Notes: generated by a model from the sequence alone, not told the origin. A stretch of 57,985 bases of DNA from Nanobdellota archaeon (GCA_038044925.1 JBBSZC010000006.1:1-57985), one strand, 5' to 3'; positions 26,730 through 36,245 are shown, numbered from the stretch's first letter. Numbers and translations: made by a program.

Positions 26730-26841
26730 ACATTTTAAAGAACACTCATGTGGGTTAAAGAATGAAGAAGAATGTGAAGATGAATTAGTAGAGGATGGAG
26801 TTAGTTTAGAGGAAGAAGAAGCTGATGAATACGGAGAATAA
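26722..26841 (+). CDS. Possible 39-aa acidic micro-protein
   Basis: MSRHFKEHSCGLKNEEECEDELVEDGVSLEEEEADEYGE. Overlaps the previous micro-ORF by 8 nt in another frame. Confidence 0.3.
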   Translation: MSRHFKEHSCGLKNEEECEDELVEDGVSLEEEEADEYGE

Positions 26842-26958
26842 AGAAATTAGGAAATACCAAAAACTATAGATTTTTTGACGCCATAAAAATCATAAATTTT
26901 TGCTGATTTCCAATCCCCAATTTTCAAGGAATTAGTTAATCAAAAAACTTAAAATAAA

Positions 26959-27180
26959 ATGAAAAAAATAACACCCAAAACAAAGCTAAATGAAATTGTA
27001 TCTGGCGACGAGAAAGCAGCAGAGATTCTTTTTGAATCCGGCATGATGTGCATAGGATGCCCTATGGGAATGCAGGAAACTTTAGAACAGGGATGCAAAG
27101 CGCATGGAATGAGCAATAAGGAAATTAAAAAAATAATTGAAACATTAAATAAAAAAAATAAAACAGGAAAAAAATTTTAA
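26959..27180 (+). CDS. DUF1858 (hybrid-cluster-protein-associated redox disulfide) domain protein
   Basis: AEILFESGMMCIGCPMGMQETLEQGCKAHGM is the characteristic core. Confidence 0.7.
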   Translation: MKKITPKTKLNEIVSGDEKAAEILFESGMMCIGCPMGMQETLEQGCKAHGMSNKEIKKIIETLNKKNKTGKKF

Positions 27181-27181
27181 A

Positions 27182-27604
27182 ATGGCGTTAAATTATTCGA
27201 AAGAAGTTATGCAAAATTTTATGAACCCAAAGAATATGGGGGAGATAAAAAATGCAGATGGAATTGGGAAAGTTGGAAATCCTACTTGCGGAGATATAAT
27301 GTGGGTTTATATTAAAGTTGAGAGGAATAAAAAAGGAAAGGAATTTCTGAAAGATGTAAAATTCAAAACATTTGGGTGCGCTGCAGCAATAGCTACTTCT
27401 TCTATGATTACACAGCTTGCTAAAGGAAAGAGCTTGAAAGATGCTGAAAAAATAACACGAAATGATGTAGCTAAATCCCTGAATGGACTTCCTGCAATAA
27501 AAATGCATTGTTCTAATCTTGCAGATGAAGCTTTAAGAAAGGCAATTGAAAATTATAGGAAAGGGGCATTTAGAAAAGATGGAATGTCAAAAATAAATAA
27601 TTAA
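27182..27604 (+). CDS. iscU: Fe-S cluster scaffold NifU/IscU
   Basis: GNPTCGD, FGCAAAIA and HCSNLA supply the three conserved Cys. Confidence 0.9.
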   Translation: MALNYSKEVMQNFMNPKNMGEIKNADGIGKVGNPTCGDIMWVYIKVERNKKGKEFLKDVKFKTFGCAAAIATSSMITQLAKGKSLKDAEKITRNDVAKSLNGLPAIKMHCSNLADEALRKAIENYRKGAFRKDGMSKINN

Positions 27605-27626
27605 AAAACAATAAGTAAAAAGAAGA

Positions 27627-28271
27627 ATGGTATATCAATTAAAAAAACTTGAGTATGATTATGATAGTTTAGAGCCGTATATAGATGAGCAGACAATGAA
27701 AGTTCATCATGATAAGCATCATCAGGCTTATGTAGACAAGTATAATGCTGCTATTGAAAAATTTCCTGAATTACAGAAAAAAACCCCTGAAAAAGTTATT
27801 GAAAATTTAGATAAAATTCATGAAGATATAAAAATAATTGTGAAAAACAATGGCGGAGGAGTTGTTAATCATAATTTCTTCTGGACAATTTTAAAAAAAG
27901 ATGTTGAAATAGAAGGAGACATTTTAGATGCGATTAACAAGGAATTTGAAAGCTTTATAGAGTTTAAGAAAAAATTCTCTGAAATAGCTCTGAGTGTTTT
28001 TGGAAGCGGGTGGGCTTGGCTTATTATAGATAAGAAAACTAAAAAACTGCAAATTATTAAAACACTGAATCAGGACTCTCCTTTGAGTATTGAAAAAATA
28101 CCCCTGCTTTGCATAGATATATGGGAGCATGCTTATTATTTGAAATACCAGAACAGAAGAGCAGAGTATATTGAAAATTTTTTTAATGTGATAAATTGGG
28201 AAAAGGTGAATGAAAATTATATTTCAGTAAATTCAGCAAAGGTGAAAGGAGGTAAGACCTTTAAAAAATGA
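27627..28271 (+). CDS. sod: Fe/Mn superoxide dismutase
   Basis: HHDKHH and DIWEHAYYL motifs. Confidence 0.9.
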   Translation: MVYQLKKLEYDYDSLEPYIDEQTMKVHHDKHHQAYVDKYNAAIEKFPELQKKTPEKVIENLDKIHEDIKIIVKNNGGGVVNHNFFWTILKKDVEIEGDILDAINKEFESFIEFKKKFSEIALSVFGSGWAWLIIDKKTKKLQIIKTLNQDSPLSIEKIPLLCIDIWEHAYYLKYQNRRAEYIENFFNVINWEKVNENYISVNSAKVKGGKTFKK

Positions 28272-28281
28272 AAACAAGAAA

Positions 28282-28836
28282 ATGGTATTAATAAACACAA
28301 GGGCTCCGGATTTTGAGCTCAAGGGATTTTATGAAGGAAAGATAAAGGAATTTGATTTATTTAAATATAGAGGGAAGTGGGTTGTTTTGTTTTTTTACCC
28401 TGCTGATTTCAGCTTTATATGCCCAACTGAGCTTGGAGAGCTTGCAGATAGATACGAAGAGTTAAAAAATATGAATGTTGAGATTTTCAGCATAAGCACC
28501 GATACAGCATTTGTTCACAGGGCTTGGCATACTTTTACCCCAATAATAAATAAAGTTAAATTTCCTATGCTTGCAGATCCTACAGGGAAAGTTTCTATAG
28601 ACTATGGGGCTTATATTGAAGAAGAAGGTGTAAGCACTAGGGCAACCTTTATAATTGATCCGTTTGGAATGATAAAAACTTTTGAAATACACGATAATAA
28701 AGTAGGAAGAAACATTGACGAATTAATGAGAAAAATAAAAGCTCTTCAATTTTTGGACAAGAACCAGGATTATTTATGCCCTGTAAACTGGAATGAAGGG
28801 AAAGAGATTATAAGTGTTAAGAGGGTTTTTGAGTGA
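28282..28836 (+). CDS. Peroxiredoxin (AhpC/TSA family)
   Basis: FYPADFSFICPTEL peroxidatic Cys motif. Confidence 0.9.
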   Translation: MVLINTRAPDFELKGFYEGKIKEFDLFKYRGKWVVLFFYPADFSFICPTELGELADRYEELKNMNVEIFSISTDTAFVHRAWHTFTPIINKVKFPMLADPTGKVSIDYGAYIEEEGVSTRATFIIDPFGMIKTFEIHDNKVGRNIDELMRKIKALQFLDKNQDYLCPVNWNEGKEIISVKRVFE

Positions 28837-28852
28837 AAAATAAATAAAGAAA

Positions 28853-29389
28853 ATGGAAAAAACTATTCGTATTTTAGTGGACGAACACAAGAACATACTT
28901 GCTATAGCAGATGTTATTGAAAAAGAATGCAATGAAATTGATAAAGGTAAAAAAGTGGATGAAGAATTTTTTAGAAAAGTTATAGATTTTATAAGAAATT
29001 ATGCAGACAAATTTCATCACGCAAAAGAAGAGGATATTTTATTTAAGGAATTCTGTAAGACTGCAGAAAAAGGAGGTTTGCATTGCAATCCTGTTGAGCA
29101 GATGCTTTACGAGCATGATTCTGGAAGAAATTTTGTAAAAGGAATTGAAGATAGAATGAAAGAAAAGAATCGGAAAAAGGTTATTGAAAATGCTTTGTGT
29201 TATGTTCAGTTAATTAGAGAGCATATTTTCAAAGAGGATAATATTTTATACCCAATGGCTGAAGAAGCACTAAGCATGAAAACGCAAAAAGAAATGTTAA
29301 GCAAATTTGAAAAAATTGGGAAAGATAAGAAAAAAGAGATTAAGAGTTATTTGGCTTTTATTAAAAAAATTGTTGAAAATAAAAAATGA
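28853..29389 (+). CDS. Hemerythrin-like HHE cation-binding domain protein
   Basis: DEHK.., FHHAKEEDILF, YEHD and HIFKEDNILYP His/Glu ligand pattern. Confidence 0.7.
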   Translation: MEKTIRILVDEHKNILAIADVIEKECNEIDKGKKVDEEFFRKVIDFIRNYADKFHHAKEEDILFKEFCKTAEKGGLHCNPVEQMLYEHDSGRNFVKGIEDRMKEKNRKKVIENALCYVQLIREHIFKEDNILYPMAEEALSMKTQKEMLSKFEKIGKDKKKEIKSYLAFIKKIVENKK

Positions 29390-30225
29390 TTGCAGGTTTT
29401 ATAATAACTTTTAGGGAGACTTTAGAAGCTGCTTTAATAGTAGGAATAATTCTAAGTTATTTAGTTAGGACAAAACAGACAAAATACAATAATATTGTTT
29501 ATATTGGAATAGTTTCTGGTCTAATGGCAAGCATTATTGGAGCTTTATTATTTATTAATATAGCTGGTGGATTTACCGGGAGAACAGAAGAAATTTTTGA
29601 AGGAGTAACTATGCTAATTGGGGCTATATTATTAACTACTATGATACTGTGGATGATGAAGCAGAGACATATCGCCTTAGAGTTAGAGAAAAAAGTTGAA
29701 AGAGAGGTTGTTAAAGCCCATAAGTTTGGCTTATTTCTATTGGTATTTATAGCTGTTTTAAGAGAAGGGATAGAAACAGTTATTTTTTTAGGGGCAGCGA
29801 GTTTTGTTTCAGTAGGCAATACTCTAATTTTAGGAATAGCAGGAGTTATAGCAGCTGTTTTTTTAGGTTACCTTATATTTGTTAGCTCAATGAAAATTGA
29901 TATAAAAAAGTTTTTTGCCATTACTAATATTATATTAATTTTGTTTGCTGCTGGTTTAGTTGCTCATAGTATTCATGAGCTTCAAGAAGCTAAAGTTATT
30001 CCTTTTGTAGTTGAGGAGATTTGGGATATTAACCCCTCTGCACCTCAAGCAGAAGAAGGGATTTATCCTTTATTGCATGAAAAAGGATATATTGGAAGCA
30101 TTTTAAAAGGATTGTTTGGATATAATGGGAATCCGTCATTAACTGAAGTTTTAGCATATCTTGCTTATCTGTTGTTTGTCTTTATATTATGGAAAAATAT
30201 TAAAAAAGTTCATAGAATTATTTAA
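29386..30225 (+). CDS. FTR1/EfeU-family iron permease
   Basis: Two RExxE motifs (FRETLEA, LREGIET) within a 7-TM layout. Confidence 0.85.
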   Translation: MIAGFIITFRETLEAALIVGIILSYLVRTKQTKYNNIVYIGIVSGLMASIIGALLFINIAGGFTGRTEEIFEGVTMLIGAILLTTMILWMMKQRHIALELEKKVEREVVKAHKFGLFLLVFIAVLREGIETVIFLGAASFVSVGNTLILGIAGVIAAVFLGYLIFVSSMKIDIKKFFAITNIILILFAAGLVAHSIHELQEAKVIPFVVEEIWDINPSAPQAEEGIYPLLHEKGYIGSILKGLFGYNGNPSLTEVLAYLAYLLFVFILWKNIKKVHRII

Positions 30226-30373
30226 ACTTCAGAATTCCACTCATTTTTAATAAAAAATTTTCAGGTTCTTTTTTAACCAAAAATGGTTAGTTTTAAATAC
30301 TAATAAACTGAGATAAATTAGATAATATGGAAAAATTTTTAATCCTGCATTTTCATGGATTTAGCTGAAGAAA

Positions 30374-30868
30374 ATGGAGAACAAAAACGTTGGATGGTTG
30401 ATTATTGGAATTGCAGTCGTGCTCTTAGTAATTGTAATTATGTTTAATTCTGTTTTAAAAAGTGCTATTGGAGCAACTTGCACTCATGGACCGAGCTGTG
30501 GGATGTATAAAAATTTAAACATTCAGACATGGTTGAGTATTGCAGTCGTAGGAATTATATTTATGATTGGGATTGTATTAATATTTTCAAAACCTAAAGA
30601 AAAATTAGTAGAAAAAACAATAATTAAAACAAAAATAATTAAAGAGAAGAAAAAACAATTAGATTTATCCGGATTAGACAGCAAAGAGAAAGAAGTTGTT
30701 AAATTACTTCAAGAAGAAAATGCAGTAATTTTCCAGGCAACTTTAATGGAGAAATTAGGCATAGGAAAAGTTGGAATTACAAGACTGCTTGATAAATTAG
30801 AAGCTAAGCAGATTATTGAGAGAAAAAGAAGAGGAATGAATAATATTGTTGTGCTGAAAAATTATTAA
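30374..30868 (+). CDS. Membrane-anchored wHTH regulator-like protein
   Basis: Two TM helices, then EKEVVKLLQEENAVIFQATLMEKLGIGKVGITRLLDKLEAKQIIERK. Confidence 0.55.
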   Translation: MENKNVGWLIIGIAVVLLVIVIMFNSVLKSAIGATCTHGPSCGMYKNLNIQTWLSIAVVGIIFMIGIVLIFSKPKEKLVEKTIIKTKIIKEKKKQLDLSGLDSKEKEVVKLLQEENAVIFQATLMEKLGIGKVGITRLLDKLEAKQIIERKRRGMNNIVVLKNY

Positions 30869-30921
30869 GATAGTAAAATTTATATATTTATATTAATTAA
30901 AATAAGTGAAAGGAGGTAAAA

Positions 30922-31107
30922 ATGAAAACTGTAAATTTAATAGTAAGTGTAATTCTCTTAATAGCAGGGGTATTTTATGCGCTTCTGCCTCATTCAATGC
31001 ATATATCTTCTGGATTGGATTTCGGACTGTCGCATAATTACCATATTGTGATTGGAGTTATATTGTTGATTCTTGGGATTTTGCTGATATTAATTAAAAA
31101 GAAATAA
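30922..31107 (+). CDS. Hypothetical small membrane protein
   Basis: Two hydrophobic helices; aggagg upstream. Confidence 0.4.
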   Translation: MKTVNLIVSVILLIAGVFYALLPHSMHISSGLDFGLSHNYHIVIGVILLILGILLILIKKK

Positions 31108-31124
31108 CCAGAATTTAATTAAAT

Positions 31125-31523
31125 ATGAAAGAAAAGAAGCCTGATAGAAGGAAAGATAGGAATCTAGATTCTAATAGATTGTTTAAGATTTTTGTAATTG
31201 CATTATTGATAATCCTTATTTTCACTTTTATTGATGCTCTTATTCATAGTTTGGGAGAAGAATATGCTGTTCCTGATTATTATTTCAGGAATAAAATTAT
31301 TTTTGGGGCATTAATTGGTTTTTTTGCCTTATTATTTATTGAAAAGAAAAAAATCTGGAAGAAAGCCGTTATCTTTTCTATTGTTGTTAGTATATTATTG
31401 CAGATAAGATATTTCTTAGAAGGTTATGCTATTAAATTTGTGCTGGAGTTTTTATTAATCCATTTTGTCATATTATTTCTTGTTTCTTTAATTGTATTTA
31501 AGCTGATGAATAAGCGGATCTGA
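31125..31523 (+). CDS. Hypothetical membrane protein
   Basis: Four hydrophobic helices. Confidence 0.45.
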   Translation: MKEKKPDRRKDRNLDSNRLFKIFVIALLIILIFTFIDALIHSLGEEYAVPDYYFRNKIIFGALIGFFALLFIEKKKIWKKAVIFSIVVSILLQIRYFLEGYAIKFVLEFLLIHFVILFLVSLIVFKLMNKRI

Positions 31524-31528
31524 GAAAT

Positions 31529-31655
31529 TTAAACATCAGAATTCCACTCATCACAGACGAGTGGTTTGAATCACTCGTGGAATTCTGAGTGTGCTCAAGA
31601 ACCACACGAAGCTTGGCATTTTCATGCCACCAGTCAAAGACTGGTGGTTCTTGAC
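31529..31655 (-). repeat. Structured intergenic repeat, type A, copy 2 (inverted orientation)
   Basis: The reverse complement reads gtcaagaacc-accagtc/gactggt hairpin-ggcatg..-ggttcttgagcac-act-cagaattccacgagtg..gagtggaattctg-atgtttaa. Confidence 0.85.
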
Positions 31656-31698
31656 AAATTATAGAAAAGAATAAAAAGAAGAGTTTATTATATTTTAT

Positions 31699-32142
31699 AT
31701 GTGGCTGGAGATATTTAATTTTTTACATTTTATTGGATTATCTTTCGGATTAGGAGGAGTGACAATAGCAACTATAATCTCTTTAAAAGCCGATAAAGAC
31801 AAAGATGTTGCAAAGGCTTTTATAAAAATAATGCCAGCAATGGTTAAGATTATATGGATTGGATTGGTATTTTTAATAATTTCCGGAATCGCTTTGCCTT
31901 ATTTTATAACGTGGCATCTTGATAAAAATATGCTTCTTGTTAAACACGTTCTCTTTATCTGGATAGTAATCTTTGGCATTACTATTGGGTTAAATTCAAG
32001 AAAAATGAAAAAACTTATGATAATTGGAGAGAAAGAAAAGCCTTCTTTGGAATTTTTAAGAGCTAAAAAAAGAGCAAAAGCTTTTAGTATTGTTAATTTA
32101 ATTTTATGGTATTTAGTGGCTATTATTTCTGTTTTTATTTAA
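31699..32142 (+). CDS. Hypothetical membrane protein
   Basis: Four TM helices; located next to the copper module. Confidence 0.45.
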   Translation: MWLEIFNFLHFIGLSFGLGGVTIATIISLKADKDKDVAKAFIKIMPAMVKIIWIGLVFLIISGIALPYFITWHLDKNMLLVKHVLFIWIVIFGITIGLNSRKMKKLMIIGEKEKPSLEFLRAKKRAKAFSIVNLILWYLVAIISVFI

Positions 32143-32241
32143 TTCATGTAATTAGTTTCTCCAAATTAAATGCAAAAAATGTGAAAACAAAAATAAGGGA
32201 AAAAATTTAAATAATCTAATTAAAATATAGGATGGAATAAA

Positions 32242-32460
32242 ATGAAAAAGATAAAGATGGAAATACATGGAATGCACTGCGCTTCGTGCGCTGCAAACAT
32301 AGAGAGAAGCCTTTCAAAAGTAAGAGGAGTTAAAAATCCCAGAGTTTCTCTTCTTTTGAAAAAAGGAACAGCAGAAATAGATGAAAGTGTAAGAGAAGAA
32401 GAGCTGAAAAATGCAGTAAAGAGAACAGGGTATGAAGTTAAAAGAATTGAATATGAATAG
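32242..32460 (+). CDS. copZ: Heavy-metal-associated copper chaperone
   Basis: GMHCASCAANIE (MxCxxC) in a 72-aa ferredoxin-like size. Confidence 0.85.
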   Translation: MKKIKMEIHGMHCASCAANIERSLSKVRGVKNPRVSLLLKKGTAEIDESVREEELKNAVKRTGYEVKRIEYE

Positions 32461-32507
32461 TAAAAAGAACCTAAAAAATAAATATAAGATGAAATGTCAA
32501 GAACCAT

Positions 32508-34487
32508 ATGGACCACAAACACGAAAATAACGAACATCATCATGATGCTCCTATAGAAGATGAAGAAATTATAGAATGGAGAGAAAAATTAATTGGAGCA
32601 TGGATATTTGCAATTCCAATTGCTATACTTATGCTAGCAGACAGGCTTTTTGGATTTAATATTTTTATGATGCTCAATATGCCAGACTGGTTTATGACTC
32701 CTGCCTTATTAATAATTGCTTTTCCAGTAATTTTTGTTTTTGGATTCAGCACTATTAGAAGCGGTTTGAGGGGATTTACCAGCTTGTATTTTAACATGGA
32801 TTCTTTAATAGCGTTAGGAACAGTAATCGCCTATGTTACAGGAATTTTAACTTTTTTTATGGATGTTCAGGATTATTCTGGTGTTTCTGCAATGATAATG
32901 GCTTTTTTTATAACAGGAAAATATATAGAAGCTAAAGCAAGAGGAAGGGCTTCACAAGAGATAAGGAAATTATTAGAATTAGGGGCAAAAAAAGCAAGAA
33001 TCCTTAAGGGCAAAGAAGAAATAGAAATAGAGATATCTGAAGTAAAAATAGGAGATATAATAATTGTAAAGCCAGGGGAAAAAATTCCTACAGATGGAGT
33101 TGTTTTCAAAGGAGAAAGTTCTGTAGATGAGTCAATGGTTACAGGAGAGAGTCTTCCTGTTGAGAAGAGAAAAAACAGCAATGTTATTGGGGCTACAATA
33201 AACCAGGATGGAATTTTATATATTAAGGCAACTAAAATAGGAAAAGATACTTTCTTATCCCATATTATAAAACTAGTTGAAGAAGCACAGAGCGAGAAAG
33301 TTCCTATACAAAAATTAGCAGATAAGATTACAAGTATTTTTGTACCCGCAATTCTAATTCTCTCTATTTTAACTTTTGGAGGATGGCTTTATTTTTCTCA
33401 GAATTTATCCAAATCTCTGGAATCCGCAATTGCTGTTCTTGTTATAGCTTGTCCTTGTGCTTTAGGGCTTGCAACTCCTACTGCTTTAATGGTAGGATCA
33501 GGAATGGGAGCTAAAAAAGGAATTTTAATCAGAAAGGGGGAGGCAATTCAAACAATGAAGGAAGTAAAATTTGTTTTGTTTGACAAAACAGGAACAATAA
33601 CAAAGGGAAAGCCAGAAGTTACAGATATTTATCCTATTAAAGTAAAGGAAAATTATTTAATGGAATTTGCCGGAAGCTTGGAAAAATTATCAGAGCATCC
33701 TATTGCAAAAGCAATTGTTGAAAGAGCAGGATTAAAAAAATATAAGGATGTTAAAAAATTTAAGATTTTAAGAGGGAGGGGCCTGGAAGGAAAAATTGGA
33801 AGCAAGAATTTTATTATAGGAAATAAAACTCTAATGCAAGAAAGAAAAATCTCTTTAAATAAGTTTGAATCAAGAATAGAAGAGTTTGAATTAGAGGGAA
33901 AGACTACTATGATTATTTCTGAAAATGAAGAAATTATTGGAGTTATAGCTGTTGCAGATGCAGTTAAGGATGATTCAAGAAAAGCAATCTCAATTTTAAA
34001 TTCTAGCGGATATAAGACAGTCATGATTACAGGAGATAATGAGAATACTGCTAGAGCAATTGCAAAAAAAGTAGGAATTACCGAGGTAATAGCAAATGTG
34101 CTTCCTGAAGACAAAGCAAAAAAAGTAAGAGAGTTGCAGAAAAGAGGGATGGTTGCTTTTGTTGGTGATGGAATTAACGATGCTCCTGCCTTGAAACAGG
34201 CTAATGTTGGAATTGCTATTGGAACAGGAACAGATATTGCCATAGAAGCAGGGGATATTGTTCTTGCAAGAGGTTCTTTAAGAGGAGTTGTTGCGGGAAT
34301 AAATCTTTCTAAGGCTACATTTTCAAAAATAAAACAGAATTTGTTCTGGGCATTTGCATATAATGTTATTGCTATTCCTGCAGCTGTCGCGGGTTTATTG
34401 CATCCTATTATTGCAGAGATTGCAATGGCTTTTTCATCAATAACTGTTGTTACAAATGCGAATTTGTTAAGAAGAAAAAAAATATAA
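32508..34487 (+). CDS. copA: Copper-translocating P1B-type ATPase
   Basis: CPC in the TM helix, DKTGTIT, TGDN and GDGINDAP motifs. Has a His-rich N-terminus ([13 protein letters not shown]) instead of a fused HMA domain. Confidence 0.9.
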   Translation: MDHKHENNEHHHDAPIEDEEIIEWREKLIGAWIFAIPIAILMLADRLFGFNIFMMLNMPDWFMTPALLIIAFPVIFVFGFSTIRSGLRGFTSLYFNMDSLIALGTVIAYVTGILTFFMDVQDYSGVSAMIMAFFITGKYIEAKARGRASQEIRKLLELGAKKARILKGKEEIEIEISEVKIGDIIIVKPGEKIPTDGVVFKGESSVDESMVTGESLPVEKRKNSNVIGATINQDGILYIKATKIGKDTFLSHIIKLVEEAQSEKVPIQKLADKITSIFVPAILILSILTFGGWLYFSQNLSKSLESAIAVLVIACPCALGLATPTALMVGSGMGAKKGILIRKGEAIQTMKEVKFVLFDKTGTITKGKPEVTDIYPIKVKENYLMEFAGSLEKLSEHPIAKAIVERAGLKKYKDVKKFKILRGRGLEGKIGSKNFIIGNKTLMQERKISLNKFESRIEEFELEGKTTMIISENEEIIGVIAVADAVKDDSRKAISILNSSGYKTVMITGDNENTARAIAKKVGITEVIANVLPEDKAKKVRELQKRGMVAFVGDGINDAPALKQANVGIAIGTGTDIAIEAGDIVLARGSLRGVVAGINLSKATFSKIKQNLFWAFAYNVIAIPAAVAGLLHPIIAEIAMAFSSITVVTNANLLRRKKI

Positions 34488-34561
34488 AAATAAAAAATTA
34501 AGAAATTTAAGAAAAATTTCTAATTCTCCATTTTCAAGGAATCAGTTAAGAAAATGAAGAA

Positions 34562-35299
34562 TTATCTTAGTTTGTAAGTTGCAGTTACACTTGCATAAAT
34601 ATCCTGATTTCCTGGCTGGATGTTTGTTGTTGCTTGTTTTGCTTCTGCTGCATCCATTGCTACTCCTCCTTGAGCTTCATATAATCTCCATGGGGAGTAA
34701 TTGAAATCGCTGTCTGATGTAGATACTAAACTTCCTAGTCTTTTGCCTAAACCTTCTGCAATTGACTGAGCTTTTATTTTAGCGTCTTCTGCTGCAGCTT
34801 TTAATGCTTGTGCTTTATACTCATTCTGCTTTTCTTGGCTTAGCTCAAAATTAATATAAGAAATTCCCGCACCTGCGTCTACTCCTGCATCTATGACCTC
34901 GCCAATCTCAGATGCATCACTTGTTGACATTTGAACTTTTATGCTATGAGTTGCTTTATATCCTTTAATAGTCTGTAATCCAGAATTCCAATTATATTCA
35001 GGATAAACATTAAAGTTTGTAGTTTGAATATCCTTTCTTTCAAATCCTTGTTTTACTAGTTCAGTTATTAAATTGTCTACAATTTCAGAGTTTTTATCTG
35101 TAGCAATCTCGCTAGTAGAACCAGTTGTTTGAACATTGAAATAAACTCCAACTAAATCTGGAACAGCTTTTATATTTGCTTGTCCATTTCCTGTAACTGT
35201 ATTACTTGGAGAGATATTCGAGAATCCTGAAAAGATTAATAATCCGAGGATTACTATCCCTGCAACAATTATTAGTGTTATTTGCACTGATTTGTCCAT
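34562..35299 (-). CDS. SIMPL (DUF541) domain protein
   Basis: N-terminal anchor. The overall pattern VTGNGQA...GY.ATHS..V......IG.VIDA... resembles the SIMPL family. Confidence 0.7.
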   Translation of the reverse strand: MDKSVQITLIIVAGIVILGLLIFSGFSNISPSNTVTGNGQANIKAVPDLVGVYFNVQTTGSTSEIATDKNSEIVDNLITELVKQGFERKDIQTTNFNVYPEYNWNSGLQTIKGYKATHSIKVQMSTSDASEIGEVIDAGVDAGAGISYINFELSQEKQNEYKAQALKAAAEDAKIKAQSIAEGLGKRLGSLVSTSDSDFNYSPWRLYEAQGGVAMDAAEAKQATTNIQPGNQDIYASVTATYKLR

Positions 35300-35300
35300 T

Positions 35301-35585
35301 TTACTTTTTCCTCCTTTCAGCTCTAGTTAAAGATTTAATTAATAAATATATAAGATAAATAAATATTGTTAAAATTAAAACATCTCCTGCAAGATACGAA
35401 TATTGATTAGGTGCTGTTATGCATGTTTGTATGCATGTTTTTGGACTTCCTATCCCCAATGGATTTATGAAACGATAGACACTACACTGACTTGCACATC
35501 TATCTATAAATACAAAGTAAAGGGATAAAAATACAATTAATTCTATTATTATCAATCCTATAAAAATTTTGCCTGTTTTTTTCAT
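35301..35585 (-). CDS. Hypothetical Cys-containing small membrane protein
   Basis: Start set at MKKTGKIF (ATG 35585, ggagg upstream, overlapping the upstream gene's stop). The track extension to 35651 is rejected. Confidence 0.5.
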   Translation of the reverse strand: MKKTGKIFIGLIIIELIVFLSLYFVFIDRCASQCSVYRFINPLGIGSPKTCIQTCITAPNQYSYLAGDVLILTIFIYLIYLLIKSLTRAERRKK

Positions 35586-36187
35586 TATAATTTCCTCCAA
35601 TTTAAAATTGCGAATATGATTATTGTTATTCCTGCTCCTAATGCAAACCATGCCCAGTTTGGGTATAAGGAAATCCAGTCTCCGGAATTTTGAATTACAC
35701 TTGCAGGAGTGCTTTCAGCTGCTTTTTCTGCTCCAGCCATTATAGATGATTCTGCTGTATCTTGCACTCCTTTATAAAAATTATTAGATGCTGTTAATGC
35801 TAGCGTGAAACTTCTTAATGTTAAAGTAATCAAAGCAGAAATTCCTAAAACTGCTAAAAGAGATTTTATCTTAGAGCTTAATCTGCTGTTTTTTGGAGAA
35901 ATTATTATTGATTTATTTGAAAGTTTGTAAAGCACTATTTTTTTTCCTTTTCTGCTCCAGAAATGATTTTTGGCTTTTTCAATTAAACCTGCCTGCAAAA
36001 GTTTTTTTAAATTATATTCCGTCGTATTCATTGGAATATGCAGTGCATCTGAAATATCTTTTTCACTTGCTTCTTTTGTTTCTGCAAAAAAATCAATAAT
36101 CTTATTGCAGGTTTTATTTCCCAATACTTCTGCGAGCTGTTTTACTCCTTCATCTTCCATTGACACCAACAAGTACTTTTTTTCCAT
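35585..36187 (-). CDS. ArsR-like wHTH protein with C-terminal TM segments
   Basis: LAEVLGNKTCNKIIDFFAETKEASEKDISDALHIPMNTTEYNLKKLLQAGLIE, then hydrophobic helices. Confidence 0.55.
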   Translation of the reverse strand: MEKKYLLVSMEDEGVKQLAEVLGNKTCNKIIDFFAETKEASEKDISDALHIPMNTTEYNLKKLLQAGLIEKAKNHFWSRKGKKIVLYKLSNKSIIISPKNSRLSSKIKSLLAVLGISALITLTLRSFTLALTASNNFYKGVQDTAESSIMAGAEKAAESTPASVIQNSGDWISLYPNWAWFALGAGITIIIFAILNWRKL

Positions 36188-36245
36188 GAATTATGTAGGA
36201 AATTATCATTTATAAATAAAACTATAGGTTCAATTATAATTGAAG

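Noticed and set aside
32220-34243. Minus-strand ORFs 32220-32543, 32540-32797, 32873-33181 and 33653-34243
   Set aside because: All are antisense to copZ/copA, which have unambiguous motifs. The antisense products are low-complexity Ser/Ile/Phe-rich, typical of shadow ORFs in AT-rich DNA.
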